Assembly: GCA_049304095.1 (NCBI GenBank)
Contig: JBAQNU010000022.1
Coordinates: forward strand, 2,348 to 66,347
Origin: Candidatus Moraniibacteriota bacterium
GTDB taxonomy: Bacteria; Patescibacteriota; Minisyncoccia; Moranbacterales; UBA2206
DNA: 64,000 nucleotides
Direction of reading: 5' to 3'
The position numbers were made by a program, and so were the translations under genes. Shown piece by piece: positions 44,429-55,900 of this stretch. How positions within the stretch are numbered: the stretch's first letter is position 1; the number at the start of each line of letters is the position of its first letter. The notes under the pieces are model-generated. The model did no database searches. It was not told the origin of the DNA and was given only the letters and a program-made list of their open reading frames with translations.

Positions 44429-45532
44429 ATGCGCATAGTACTAACAGGAGGAGGATCGGGCGGGCATTTGACACCACTGGTGGCGGTGGCCAAAAAAATT
44501 CGGGAAAAAGTGCCGGAAGTGGAGTTTATGTTTATCGGGCCAGACGGAAAATTGGAGGCCGACATCATTGGTCGGGAAAACATTCCGATTAGAAATATTA
44601 TGACCGGAAAATTACGGCGCTATTTTTCTTTCAAAAATGTTGTGGATTTTTTTCGCATTCCGCTGGGAATTGCGAAGTCCTTATGGCTACTTTTGTTTTT
44701 TATGCCCGATGCCATTTTTTCCAAAGGCGGTTATGCTTCTTTCCCTGTGGTGATTGCCGGCTGGCTCTATCGCGTTCCGATTCTCACTCATGAATCAGAT
44801 TCCAATCCAGGACTAGCCAATTCGATGATTGGAAAATTTTCTAATCGAGTCGCAGTGACCTATCCGGAAGCGGAAAAATATTTTCCCGCGGCGCAAGTGG
44901 TGCTCACTGGCAATCCTTTGCGTGAGGATATTGCCAAGGGCGATGCATCCAAAGCAAGGAGATTATTTAATCTTACTGAATCGAAAAAGCTAATCCTTGT
45001 CTTGGGCGGTTCTCAAGGGGCGGCAAGCATTAATGATAAAATTCTCAACATTTTGCCCGAGTTGTTGCATAAATATCAAATCATTCATCAGGTCGGAGAG
45101 GCGAATTTCTCTGAAGTGAAACGCAGAGCGGGAGAGGCTGGCATCAAGGTTGGGCGGGAAGGCTATCATGCTGTGGCATTTTTGAAAGAAGAACTTTTGG
45201 ATGTGCTTTCCGCTGCAGATTTAGTTATTTCTCGCGCTGGGGCCACCTCCATTGCGGAAATCGCGGCTAACAAAAAGCCAGCCATCATAATTCCTCTGGA
45301 AACATCAGCCAGTGATCACCAGCGAATGAATGCCTATTCGTTGGCACGGATTGGCGGGTGTGTGGTGATGGAGGAAAACAATATGGGAGAGCATATGCTG
45401 ATGGAGAAAATCGATCAAATTATGAATGATGAACTTTTGCGAGACAAATTGGCGATAAATATTGGGACATTCTATCATCCGGAAGCGGCCGAAAAAATTG
45501 CCGATGGAATCTTAGGCATGATCAAGGAGTAA
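44429..45532 (+). CDS. murG: Undecaprenyldiphospho-muramoylpentapeptide beta-N-acetylglucosaminyltransferase
   Basis: MRIVLTGGGSGGHLTPLVAVA is the G-loop. Two-domain GT28 layout. Confidence 0.9.
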   Translation: MRIVLTGGGSGGHLTPLVAVAKKIREKVPEVEFMFIGPDGKLEADIIGRENIPIRNIMTGKLRRYFSFKNVVDFFRIPLGIAKSLWLLLFFMPDAIFSKGGYASFPVVIAGWLYRVPILTHESDSNPGLANSMIGKFSNRVAVTYPEAEKYFPAAQVVLTGNPLREDIAKGDASKARRLFNLTESKKLILVLGGSQGAASINDKILNILPELLHKYQIIHQVGEANFSEVKRRAGEAGIKVGREGYHAVAFLKEELLDVLSAADLVISRAGATSIAEIAANKKPAIIIPLETSASDHQRMNAYSLARIGGCVVMEENNMGEHMLMEKIDQIMNDELLRDKLAINIGTFYHPEAAEKIADGILGMIKE

Positions 45533-45542
45533 CTGGCTAATT

Positions 45543-46949
45543 TTGAAAAATATGGCTATTGACTTGGAAAAGATTAAAAAAGTTTATGTGGTTGGCATTA
45601 AAGGCTCTGGCGTGGTCGGAGTGGTGGAAATGCTAAAAGCTAGAGGTATCGAGGTGATGGGATCTGACACGGCGGAAAAATTTTTCACTGAAACAATTCT
45701 CAAAAAAAATCAGATCCAGTATTTTGAAAATTTTGCGGTGGAAAATATTCCATCGGAGATTGATTTAGTCATCTATTCTACGGCGTATAATGAAAATAAT
45801 AATGTGGAAATGCAGGAAGTTAAAAAAAGAGAACTGCCAATGATCAGTTATCCAGAAATACTCGCTGAACTTTTTAATGTTAAATATGGCATTGCGATTT
45901 GTGGGACGCATGGAAAAACAACCACCTCGGCATGGCTGGCTAATACCTTGAAAGAGTTGGGCGCCGATCCCGAAGCGGCAATTGGTAGTCGGGTGACGAA
46001 TTGGGAGGGGAGCGCACTTACAGGTGCGGGCGAAATCTTTGTGTTGGAAGCCGATGAATATCAAAATAAATTAGCGCGGTATAATCCGCACGGTGTAATT
46101 CTCACTAGCTGTGACTATGATCACCCAGATTTTTTCCCGGATTTTGAGGCATATAAACAAACTTTCAAAGATTTTGTAGCAAGAATTCCTAAAACCGGTT
46201 TTTTAGTCGTTTGTGGTGATGCCACCGCTACGTTAGAAGTCGCCGAGGAGGCGACTTGCGCGATTTTGACGTATGGTTTCTCAGGAGATTGTGATTATAA
46301 AATTTCCAATTTAGAACTTGAGAGAGAAAATGCGAAACCTGCACAGATATTTGAAGTAATGCAAGGAGAAAATAGTTTAGGGAGATTTGAAATCAGTCTT
46401 TATGGAAAGCATAATGTGCTCAACGCCACAGCGGTGATTGTAGCTTGTCACAAGCTCAATTTTAGCACAGAAAAAATTCAAGTTGCGCTCAAAACTTTTC
46501 AAGGAACAGCCAGGAGGTTTGAGCTTATTGGCGAGCGAAATGGCGCAATCCTCATCGATGATTATGGCCATCATCCGGATGAAATCAGGGCGACGCTAAA
46601 ATCCGCGCGCGATCTGTATCCGGATAAAAATATTTGGGCGATTTTTCAGCCACACACTTTCACGCGCACCAAGACCTTGCTTTCCGAATTTTCTCAAAGT
46701 TTTTCTGACGCGGACAAAGTGATTCTTCTGGATATCTATGGCAGTGCTCGCGAAGCGCAAGGTGGCGTGCATTCAAAAGATTTGGTCGATTTGATTAATA
46801 AATATGACCGAGGTAAGGCCGAGCACATTGCGACCATTGACGAAGTGGTGGAATTTTTGAAAGACAAAATCGGTCCAGATGATGTTGTGATTGCCATTGG
46901 CGCGGGAAATGGCTGGGAGGTGGTGTCCAAATTATTCAAAAATGAGTAG
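45543..46949 (+). CDS. murC: UDP-N-acetylmuramate--L-alanine ligase
   Basis: GIKGSGVVGVVEML, GTHGKTTTSAWLAN P-loop, and Mur ligase middle and C-terminal domains. Confidence 0.9.
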   Translation: MKNMAIDLEKIKKVYVVGIKGSGVVGVVEMLKARGIEVMGSDTAEKFFTETILKKNQIQYFENFAVENIPSEIDLVIYSTAYNENNNVEMQEVKKRELPMISYPEILAELFNVKYGIAICGTHGKTTTSAWLANTLKELGADPEAAIGSRVTNWEGSALTGAGEIFVLEADEYQNKLARYNPHGVILTSCDYDHPDFFPDFEAYKQTFKDFVARIPKTGFLVVCGDATATLEVAEEATCAILTYGFSGDCDYKISNLELERENAKPAQIFEVMQGENSLGRFEISLYGKHNVLNATAVIVACHKLNFSTEKIQVALKTFQGTARRFELIGERNGAILIDDYGHHPDEIRATLKSARDLYPDKNIWAIFQPHTFTRTKTLLSEFSQSFSDADKVILLDIYGSAREAQGGVHSKDLVDLINKYDRGKAEHIATIDEVVEFLKDKIGPDDVVIAIGAGNGWEVVSKLFKNE

Positions 46950-47022
46950 TGTGGGTGAGGGCAAATCAGCTTGAATCCGGATGGATTTTGCGTTATACTA
47001 GAAGTATAAAGAATTATGAATT

Positions 47023-47943
47023 ATGACTAGCCTAAACATCCAAAAAAACATCCCTCTGGCACCATTCACCACTTTTAAAATTGGCGGACCGGCTAGCTTT
47101 TTTGTGGAAGTGAAAGATGAAACGGAGCTTTTGGAGGCACTGGATTATGCCAAGGAAAAGGGTTTGGAAATTTTTATGTTAGGCGGAGGAAGTAACGTCC
47201 TTTTTAGTGATAATGGTTTTGATGGATTGGTCATCAGAATGCAAGAAAGCAAAGAAGATAAATATTGGGCAGGGAATAGCTTAGCTGGCCTTGTCAATTT
47301 TTTTAAAGAAAATTCTTTTACCGGGCTAGAGTGGGCCATGGGAATTCCTGGAACAATCGGTGGCGCGGTGCGGGGCAATGCGGGAGCATATGGTGGGCAG
47401 ATGGCTGATAATCTGGAAAGCGTGCGTGCGCTAGAAATTTCTGCCGATCGTAGTAATATTAGGGAATATGAAAAAAAAGATTGTGAGTTTGGTTATCGCG
47501 ACAGTTTGTTTAAAAAAAATAAAAAAATAATTGTCTTGTCTGTTAAACTGAGATTGGAAAGGGGCCGAAAAGAAGCCATTGCAGAAAAAATGCAAGAAAC
47601 CATTACCAAAAGAAATGTGGTCGTGCCCAAAGGCCTCAGCGCGGGAAGTTTTTTTCAAAATCCCACTGTCGAAAATTTAGAACTAAGGCGGAAGTTCGAA
47701 AAAGATACGGGAGCAAAAGTGCAGGACGGAAAAGTTCCAGCTGGTTGGCTGATTGAAGAAGTAGGCTTTTGCGAAAAAAAGATCGGTGGAATAGTGGTAA
47801 GTGGAAAGCACGCTAATTTTTTTATAAACGACGGAACAGGGACAGCAGAAGATGTTATAACTCTTTCCAGCATGATCAAGCAAAAATTGAGAAAAGAATT
47901 TGATGTGCAAATCAAAGAGGAAGTTATGTATGTCGGATTTTAA
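47023..47943 (+). CDS. murB: UDP-N-acetylenolpyruvoylglucosamine reductase
   Basis: FAD-binding FKIGGPASFFVEVKDETEL and MLGGGSNVLFSD. Confidence 0.9.
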   Translation: MTSLNIQKNIPLAPFTTFKIGGPASFFVEVKDETELLEALDYAKEKGLEIFMLGGGSNVLFSDNGFDGLVIRMQESKEDKYWAGNSLAGLVNFFKENSFTGLEWAMGIPGTIGGAVRGNAGAYGGQMADNLESVRALEISADRSNIREYEKKDCEFGYRDSLFKKNKKIIVLSVKLRLERGRKEAIAEKMQETITKRNVVVPKGLSAGSFFQNPTVENLELRRKFEKDTGAKVQDGKVPAGWLIEEVGFCEKKIGGIVVSGKHANFFINDGTGTAEDVITLSSMIKQKLRKEFDVQIKEEVMYVGF

Positions 47944-48019
47944 TTCTAAACAGGACTAATTAACATATCGAGGTTCTCGGGGAAAATGCCAATTTTCTCA
48001 TAATCTCGATCAAAAATAT

Positions 48020-48394
48020 ATGGTAGTAAAAAAACCGCAAAGTATGAGAGTGATGTTTCGAGGAATGGACCCAGATAAAAAAGCCGAGAAATATATTGAG
48101 AAAAGATTGCAAAAAGTCAATCGAATTATCAAAAATGTTTTGGAGTTTGACGTGGAAATCGATCTCGATAAAAAAGGTCAATATCGCGTCGAGCTGATGG
48201 TTAAAACGCCCTATGCGCTCTATCGCGCCCAAGAGATTTCCGAAAGTATTGAAGGCTCGGCGGACATTGCCTGCTCCGAGTTGACTACGCAAATCGTCAA
48301 AGATAAAAGCAAAATGACGGATCTCAAAAGACGTGGAGCGAGGTCGCTCAAGAAAAAAATCGTGCTGGATAAAAGCGCCCGATTTAAGAAATAG
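48020..48394 (+). CDS. hpf: Ribosome hibernation promoting factor (short HPF/RaiA form)
   Basis: The KAEKYIEKRLQKVNRII...VEIDL...YRVELMVKTP layout matches the HPF family. The true start is probably MRVMFRG at 48044. Confidence 0.75.
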   Translation: MVVKKPQSMRVMFRGMDPDKKAEKYIEKRLQKVNRIIKNVLEFDVEIDLDKKGQYRVELMVKTPYALYRAQEISESIEGSADIACSELTTQIVKDKSKMTDLKRRGARSLKKKIVLDKSARFKK

Positions 48395-48401
48395 CTAATT
48401 A

Positions 48402-49919
48402 TTGCAAAACATTATGAAACAATCAGAATCTCTTTCTAAGACCAATAAAGAAACAGCTAATAATGAAAAAATTACTCCACGCAATGTGGATTATTCGAAG
48501 TGGTACCTGGATGTTATTGCGGCGGCAGAACTGGCCGATAATTCACCAGTGCGTGGTTGCATGGTGATTCGTCCTAATGGCTATGCCATTTGGGAAAATG
48601 TTCAAAAAACACTTGACAGAATGTTTAAGGAGGTTGGTGTGGTGAATGCCTATTTCCCATTGTTTATTCCAAAGAGTTTTCTTGAGGCAGAGGCCGCGCA
48701 TGTGGAAGGTTTTGCCAAAGAGTGTGCGGTTGTGACGCATCATCGTCTTACGCACGATAAAAGCGGAAAATTAGTGCCTGACGGAAAGTTGGATGAGCCA
48801 CTGATTGTGCGACCAACTTCAGAAACGATTATGTATCACATGTATGCGAAGTGGATCAAATCTCATCGCGATTTACCATTGCTAATTAATCAATGGTGCA
48901 ATGTCGTGCGTTGGGAGCTGCGAACTCGTCCATTTTTGCGGACAACAGAATTCTTATGGCAAGAAGGGCACACGGCTCATGCGACAAAAGTCGAAGCGGA
49001 AAAAGAGACACTCCAAATGTTGGGAATTTATCAGAAATTTGTTGAAGAATATTTAGCCATCCCAACCATTCCGGGTTATAAAACTGAATCGGAGAAATTT
49101 GCTGGTGCCGATTATACTACGACAATTGAAGCGATGATGCAAGACGGTAAAGCACTTCAATCGGGAACAAGTCATCATTTGGGTCAGAATTTCGCTAAAG
49201 TATTTGATGTTAAGTTTCTTAATGAAAATAGTCAAGAACAATTCGTTTGGCAAACCAGCTGGGGACTTAGCACTCGTATTATCGGTGCACTAATTATGGC
49301 GCATAGTGATGACACGGGGCTTGTTTTGCCACCTAAAATTGCTCCGACGCAAGTAGTGATCGTTTCAATTATGAACGGCGAAAATAATGGCCTAGTTGTA
49401 GCCAAATCAGATGAGTTGGCGGCGACTCTTCGCTCAGCTGGTTTTTCAGTGAAAGTGGATAGTCGCGATGGACGTCCCGGGGCAAGATATTTTGAGTGGG
49501 AAAGAAAAGGCGTGCCAGTAAGAATCGAAGTTGGGCCGAAAGATATTGCTAATCAATCAGTGATGATGGCTCGTCGAGACACGGGAGAAAAGAAAGTTGT
49601 TGCAGAAAATCTCTTGGTTGAAAGTGTTAGGGATCTTTTGGATGCTATCCAAATCAATCTTTTTGATAAGGCGCTGGCATTCCAAAAAGAAAATACACAT
49701 GAAGTCAACTCTTATGAAGAGTTCCAGGAAGTGCTTGAAGCAAAAGGCGGATTTCTCTTGGCGCATTGGTGTGGTGATGCAAATTGTGAAGCAAAGATTA
49801 AGGAAGAGACGAAAGCCAGCAGTCGCTGCATCCCTTTTGATCAGCTAGAAAATGATGGCCAGTGTATTTATTGCGGCAAGCCATCAAAAAAGCGAATAAT
49901 TTTTGCCAAAGCGTATTAG
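48402..49919 (+). CDS. proS: Prolyl-tRNA synthetase (archaeal/eukaryote-like class II, C-terminal Zn module)
   Basis: RGCMVIRPNGYAIWE (motif 1 region) and the anticodon-binding domain. C-terminal C...C...C...C (CGDANCEAK...CIYCGK). Confidence 0.9.
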   Translation: MQNIMKQSESLSKTNKETANNEKITPRNVDYSKWYLDVIAAAELADNSPVRGCMVIRPNGYAIWENVQKTLDRMFKEVGVVNAYFPLFIPKSFLEAEAAHVEGFAKECAVVTHHRLTHDKSGKLVPDGKLDEPLIVRPTSETIMYHMYAKWIKSHRDLPLLINQWCNVVRWELRTRPFLRTTEFLWQEGHTAHATKVEAEKETLQMLGIYQKFVEEYLAIPTIPGYKTESEKFAGADYTTTIEAMMQDGKALQSGTSHHLGQNFAKVFDVKFLNENSQEQFVWQTSWGLSTRIIGALIMAHSDDTGLVLPPKIAPTQVVIVSIMNGENNGLVVAKSDELAATLRSAGFSVKVDSRDGRPGARYFEWERKGVPVRIEVGPKDIANQSVMMARRDTGEKKVVAENLLVESVRDLLDAIQINLFDKALAFQKENTHEVNSYEEFQEVLEAKGGFLLAHWCGDANCEAKIKEETKASSRCIPFDQLENDGQCIYCGKPSKKRIIFAKAY

Positions 49920-50008
49920 AAAACGTGATGAAGCTAACAGTCGAATCATTCCAATTGAGGAATTTTTGGGGAAAATATTAATTTAAAATTAAAGAAATTG
50001 AAAAAACC

Positions 50009-50037
50009 TTGACAAGCCTCTATTTTTGCTGTAAGTT
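50009..50037 (+). promoter_or_regulatory. Promoter TTGACA-N17-TAAGTT upstream of speH
   Basis: TTGACA at 50009-50014 and TAAGTT at 50032-50037. Confidence 0.4.
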
Positions 50038-50077
50038 ATAGGGGATTTTGTAATTGGTTTAATTTGAAAACTAAGCA

Positions 50078-50482
50078 ATGGAAGAAAAAAAGACTTGTAA
50101 CTTCGGCGAACATTTTATGCTCGATGGTTACAACGGTAGTGCGGAGAAATTAAATGACAAAGATCTAGTACTGAGGTGCCTCATGGAACTGCCTGAGCTT
50201 TTGGAAATGCATCGCTTGAGCGAACCGGAAATCTATTTTGCTGCTTCGAATGACATCAAGGACCCAGGTGGCTGGAGTGGCTTTGTGGTGATTATGGAAA
50301 GCCACATCAGCATTCATACTTTTCCGGCTCGGCGTTTTGTGAGCATCGATGCTTACACCTGCCGAAATGGCATGGACACGGCATTTGTGGAAAACTATTT
50401 TAGAAAAGCCTTTGAACTAGAGAACGTGGAAACGAACTTTGTCAAAAGAGGCACGAAATATCCACTTCACGATCTTTGCTAA
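50078..50482 (+). CDS. speH: S-adenosylmethionine decarboxylase proenzyme (small archaeal-type)
   Basis: FMLDGY... and the autoprocessing site ESHISIHTFP (Glu-Ser-His with Ser becoming pyruvoyl). Confidence 0.8.
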   Translation: MEEKKTCNFGEHFMLDGYNGSAEKLNDKDLVLRCLMELPELLEMHRLSEPEIYFAASNDIKDPGGWSGFVVIMESHISIHTFPARRFVSIDAYTCRNGMDTAFVENYFRKAFELENVETNFVKRGTKYPLHDLC

Positions 50483-50506
50483 GCAACCTAGAAAAAACTA
50501 CTCATA

Positions 50507-50534
50507 AAATCCCGATTTAATCGGGATTTTTTTG
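50507..50534 (+). terminator. Rho-independent terminator after speH
   Basis: AAATCCCGA-TTTAA-TCGGGATTT followed by TTTTTTG. Confidence 0.8.
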
Positions 50535-50615
50535 CGGTTGCTTTGATTTTTTGGCTAATTTTTGCTATAAAGATAGTAGAAGAAAAGGGACTAATAAAAC
50601 TTAATTTAAAAAAAT

Positions 50616-51482
50616 ATGCGTATAAAAAAAGCAATTTTGCCCGTGGCTGGTTTTGGAACAAGATTTTTGCCTGCGACCAAAGCTCAGCCAAAAGAAATGC
50701 TCCCCGTGCTCAACAAACCTGCCGTGCAATATGTGGTGGAAAGTGTCGTGGCAGCTGGAATTGAAGAAATAATTTTTGTGACTGGTCGCGGAAAGCGGGC
50801 AATTGAGGATCACTTTGATATTGCCTATGAGTTGGAAGATAAGTTGGCGGAAAAAAATAAAACGGATCTCTTGGAGGAATTGAAGAAAATTCAAGGGTTA
50901 GCTAAATTTTCCTATGTCAGACAATCTAATCAGTTGGGAGATGGGCATGCAATTTTACAAGCGGCGCATTTAGTCGGGGATGAGCCAGTGGCAGTGGTAT
51001 TTGGCGATACGGTGTATGACAGCAAGGTTCCGATCGTAAAACAACTAATTGATACTTATGAAAAATATAATGATCCGGTGGTAGGATTGACTGAGGTGGC
51101 GCGCGAAGATGTGCATAAATTCGGAGTCTATACCGGAGTCTCTCTGGATAGTGATACGATGGAAATAAAACAACTGATCGAAAAACCGAAAAATGAAGAG
51201 GCTCCAGCACTGACAGTGGCAATTGGCGCATATATTATCACCCCAGAAGTTTTTGAGGTATTATCAACCATAGAAAATGGAAATTCTGGAGAGATTCGTC
51301 TCATTGACGCATTTGAAATAATGATGAAAAAAGGCAAGCCACTCTATGGAAAAACCCTAGAAGGCACATGGCTTGACACAGGTGATCCGTTTAATCTTTT
51401 GCGAGTGAGTATTTATCTCGGGCTCAAGCATCCTGAGATTGGGGACAAGTTGAGAAATTATTTGAAAACATTAAAATTTTAA
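50616..51482 (+). CDS. galU: UTP--glucose-1-phosphate uridylyltransferase
   Basis: KKAILPVAGFGTRFLPATKAQPKEMLPV N-terminal signature. Confidence 0.9.
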   Translation: MRIKKAILPVAGFGTRFLPATKAQPKEMLPVLNKPAVQYVVESVVAAGIEEIIFVTGRGKRAIEDHFDIAYELEDKLAEKNKTDLLEELKKIQGLAKFSYVRQSNQLGDGHAILQAAHLVGDEPVAVVFGDTVYDSKVPIVKQLIDTYEKYNDPVVGLTEVAREDVHKFGVYTGVSLDSDTMEIKQLIEKPKNEEAPALTVAIGAYIITPEVFEVLSTIENGNSGEIRLIDAFEIMMKKGKPLYGKTLEGTWLDTGDPFNLLRVSIYLGLKHPEIGDKLRNYLKTLKF

Positions 51483-51497
51483 ATTTTCTAAAACAAT

Positions 51498-52745
51498 ATG
51501 CAACACATTGCGCTGACCAAAAAAGACAGAGTTGTTTCTCAGATTATTGCACGGGAAGAAAAAAGACAGGAAGAGGAACTGGAACTGATCGCTTCGGAAA
51601 ACTATGTTTCACCTGCCGTGCTCGAAGCGTTGGGCACAGTGCTGACGAATAAGTATAGCGAAGGCACGCCGAGTCACCGCTACTATGGAGGCAATCAAGT
51701 TATCGATGAAATGGAAGTTTTAGCAGTTACGCGACTCAAAAAAATCTTTGGTGCGGCTCACGCTAATGTTCAGCCTTTATCTGGCTCGCCGGCCAATGCC
51801 GCGGTGTATATGGCCTTTCTCAAACCGGGGGACAAAATTTTAGGACTAAAGTTGGATCACGGCGGGCATCTTTCTCATGGCCATCCGGTCAACTTTTCCG
51901 GTATGCTCTATAATTTCGTGCAATATGAAGTTGATCCCAAGACAGGAAGAATCGACATGGATGCGGTGCGAAAATTGGCCAAACGTGAAAAACCAAAAAT
52001 GATCGTCGCTGGTTATAGTGCCTATTCGCGCGAGATTGATTGGAAAGAATTCAAAAAAATTGCCGATGAGGTGGGCGCCTACACTTTTGCCGACATTGCT
52101 CACACGGCTGGGCTTATCGCGGCAAAATGCCTCAAAAATCCCGTGCCATATTTTGATGTTGTTTCGACAACAACGCACAAAACTCTTCGTGGTCCGCGGG
52201 GAGCGGTGATTATGTGCCAAGAAAAATTTGCTAAAATTATTGACCGAGCGGTTTTCCCCGGTATGCAAGGTGGACCGCACAATCATGTGACAGCAGCGAA
52301 GGCGGTGGCCTTTGGAGAAGTGCTGGACAAGAGTTTCAAAACCTATGCCAAGCAAGTAATCAAAAATTCAAAAAGCTTGGCGCAAGAGTTTTTGAAAAAA
52401 GGCTACAATATTGTTTCTGGCGGAACAGACAATCATTTGTTTGTTCTGGATTTGCAAAATAAAAGTATTGGCGGGCATGATGCGGAAACAATTTTGGAGT
52501 CGGTGGGTATTTCCGTTTCACGTTCCACCATTCCCAATGATCCCAAATCCCCCCTGAATCCGTCTGGCGTGAGAATTGGGACGCCGGCCGCGACAACGCG
52601 GGGAATGAAAGAGAAAGAGATGAAACAAATTGCCAGTTGGATTCATGAAGCTTTTGAAAATAAGGATAATAAAAAAGTTTTGGCGAAGATTAAAAAAGAA
52701 GTGAAAAAAATGTGCCTAAAATTTCCGATGCCGGGAAAAAAATAG
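51498..52745 (+). CDS. glyA: Serine hydroxymethyltransferase
   Basis: Typical SHMT N-terminus and the PLP-Lys region TTTHKTLRGPRGA. Confidence 0.95.
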   Translation: MQHIALTKKDRVVSQIIAREEKRQEEELELIASENYVSPAVLEALGTVLTNKYSEGTPSHRYYGGNQVIDEMEVLAVTRLKKIFGAAHANVQPLSGSPANAAVYMAFLKPGDKILGLKLDHGGHLSHGHPVNFSGMLYNFVQYEVDPKTGRIDMDAVRKLAKREKPKMIVAGYSAYSREIDWKEFKKIADEVGAYTFADIAHTAGLIAAKCLKNPVPYFDVVSTTTHKTLRGPRGAVIMCQEKFAKIIDRAVFPGMQGGPHNHVTAAKAVAFGEVLDKSFKTYAKQVIKNSKSLAQEFLKKGYNIVSGGTDNHLFVLDLQNKSIGGHDAETILESVGISVSRSTIPNDPKSPLNPSGVRIGTPAATTRGMKEKEMKQIASWIHEAFENKDNKKVLAKIKKEVKKMCLKFPMPGKK

Positions 52746-52774
52746 AATCAAAAAAACTCTTTCACAAAAACCTC

Positions 52775-52806
52775 ACCCTCGCCCAAAAAGCGAGGGTCTT
52801 TTTTCC
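52775..52806 (+). terminator. Rho-independent terminator after glyA
   Basis: ACCCTCGC-CCAAAAA-GCGAGGGT followed by CTTTTTTCC. Confidence 0.8.
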
Positions 52807-52865
52807 CTAAACTAAAGCTAAAATAAACTAAAAAAAACTTATCCCCAACCAAGAATGAATATCTA

Positions 52866-52893
52866 TTGCAAGCTTTTATCAATGTGCTATAAT
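52866..52893 (+). promoter_or_regulatory. Strong promoter TTGCAA-N16-TGcTATAAT upstream of giant gene
   Basis: TTGCAA at 52866-52871 and extended -10 TGCTATAAT at 52885-52893, 40 nt upstream of the ATG. Confidence 0.55.
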
Positions 52894-52932
52894 TTCAATG
52901 TCAGAAATAATGTAAAAAATTAAAAAACAAAA

Positions 52933-55900
52933 ATGGGTTTCATAGTTGAAATCATTCAGAATATTTCAGCATTTGTCGGACAGAAAGTCTCGACCATATC
53001 GACCGCTATCTCGGGGATAGGGGAGTTTTTTGGTGGGGATTTTTTCACTGATTTGTTGGCTTTTTTTGCCGTGCCATTTGTTCTAGCAAAAAGTTTTGTT
53101 TTGACAGTCTTTTCAGTCATACAAAAAACAACAGTTGATGCATTCAATAGTTTGGGTAATTTTTGGGAAATAATTAAAAATAGTCTAGTTGATTTTGGAG
53201 CCAGTATAAGCCTAGTTTTCCAACTGATTAAGAACAATGTTGCGGATCTTTTTGCCGGCCTTGTGGTTTCGCTGGCGAATAGTATCACAGCGGGAGAGCT
53301 TTTTGTCGAGGCGTTGGCAAAAAATATTAGTGATTTTGGCGCTTTGGTTTTTTCGGTTGTAAAAGACAGTTTAACTGGTTTTCCTTATGCCGTTTCGGCA
53401 ACAGTTATTGCGGGCCTGCTATTGGCAGTGGTGCTTTTAATGTTGACAGAGAAAATACTGGTTGTATTTGATGCGTTAGATTTGATGGTAATCAAAAAAA
53501 ATGTCAAACAATTTTTTGGAAAAACAATAATCAAACAAAGAGCAGAAAAGCAAGCTACTCCAATTGTCATGCCCAATGTGCAACCAATTTCTTTTGCCCA
53601 AGCATTTGTCGTTGTATCATTTTTAGCTTTTTTGGCATATAGTTTACCCCAAAAATATCAATTGGCCTCGCTTTCGCCATGGCTACAGCGTAGCGAGGGA
53701 ATCAACTCTGATGCTGGCGAAACAAGCCAAGACGGTGGTTACCAGGGTAATATGAATCTTACCCCTACAGAAATTCTTGGCGAAACCACCCAAGAAACCC
53801 TCTCCCTCCTAGCAGAATCTAACCCTAATCTTTATCAGCTGCTCAACGCTGGTGTACAAAGACGTAGCAATGCTACGTCTCTACAGCTAGGCATGATTAC
53901 CATCAATCCTCAGGGTCAAATTTTTCTATTACCAAAATCGATTAGTTCTCGTGAAATCAAAAATTATGTAATCAAAAATATTGATATCGCCGATCATGCT
54001 ATCACTTCCCGAACAATCAAAAACCACACCATCAGGTCAATTGATCTCAAAAGAGAGCTCACCATCGAGGAACTGAAAATTGATCACAATCTCACCGTGC
54101 GTGGCAATCTCATTACCGAAGGAACATTGATTGCTGTAGACATGAATCTCTCGGGTAACCTAGATCTGCAAGATAATCTAATGCTTAACATTGGCAATCA
54201 AAACACAGACTTCACCGCTAGTGGCGGACTAAATCTGGCTGGCAATCTCAACATCAACAACAATTTTCTAGCTAATGCCACTACTGGTAACATCACCGCT
54301 GGAACATACAATGGCAACACTATCACCAATGGTACCGGCACACTAACATTAAACGAGCATACTCTCACCCTCACCAACAACACTCAACTCAATCAAAATC
54401 TCCTCACCACTTCCACTCCGCAGTTTGCCAGATTGGGACTGGGAGTTCCAGCCGACGCCACTAACATTCTCACCGCCACTTCATCCTCCACCACTGATCT
54501 TTCGAAAACTCTAAATATTTCTCACACTGGAATCATCACTGGCACGGGTTATGCCGGATATTTTTCTAAAACCGGAGCGTCAACCACTAATGTGGGACTC
54601 TATACGATCGCCACCGGAGCAACCAATAACTATGCGTTACAGGTTGATTCGGCCGTAGTAGGAGCAACTAATTATACAATCTATGCCAATGGTGTGGCAA
54701 AAAATTATTTCGCGGGCAATATCGGCATAGGGGACGCTGCGCCTGGTACAAATCTCTCCGTCATTGGTAATGCGCAAATTGGATATGCATCCGGTACAAC
54801 CGTTTCGGCTGGCACGTCACTAGCAATCTCGAGCAACGTCGGCATCGGGACGACGGGGCCTGGGGCGAAGTTGGAAGTCTATGGAGGAATGGCATATTTT
54901 ACCGGTTTAGATTCAGTTAATGCCAATGGCAACGGCCTTGGTATTTTTGGTGGGAATGACACGGGTGGTATTTATATGAGAGGAGATAATAGTGGAACCA
55001 ATAATTTGTCGTTGGGAACTAATATCGGTGATATTTCATTTAAAACTGGCAGTGGAGCTGGGACGGATAGGATGATAATTCAAAACGGAGGCAACGTCGG
55101 CATCGGGACGACGAGTCCATTGGCAAACCTGCACATTCTTGGTGGAGCATCAAGCAACGCCAGTATGCGAATGGAGTCTGGTTCAGGAAGGTATGCTGGT
55201 TTCCAGATGTACGATGGGAATATTGGAAATAGCTGGGCCGTTGGACATGAGTTTGCGGCGACAAGTAATGCGTCACTGGTCTTTAGTTACGGAAATGTTG
55301 GCAGTGAATCTGTTGTAGCCAAAGTCTCAAGTACAGGCGGATTTACCCAGATAGGTAGCGGTGTTAATTCATTCGTAGGCAACGTCGGCATCGGGACGAC
55401 GGGGCCGGGGTATAAGCTGGATGTTGTTGGTACTTCAGGAAATGCTTCAGTTCTTCGAGTTTCAGGAGACCTTTATCCTGAGATTGCTTTGAAATATACA
55501 AATAATGCGGTCGACAATCTTTCAGCTCTCAGGTTCTACGACGAAGCAAATAATTGGAAGTGGATGATTGCTAATTATTCTGATGCTTATTCAACAGCGT
55601 CAATGCAAAATTTATTTGCTATTTATCAAAGAACTAATTCTGGCGATACGAATGTTAATGCATACAGGCTGGTTATTGACAATACCGGCAACGTCGGCAT
55701 CGGGACGACGAGTCCGGGGGCGAAGTTGGATATTAATGACAATTCAGGTGGAGCGGAAATTCCTTTTAAATTGCGTGTTTCTGACAATGCTAATGATTAT
55801 TGGCAAATTTCTAATGCTACAGGTGGTGCTGGATTATTTATTCCCACATTTAAAACTAAAGTAGATACAGCGAGTTATACAGGAGGACTAGGCGGTGATG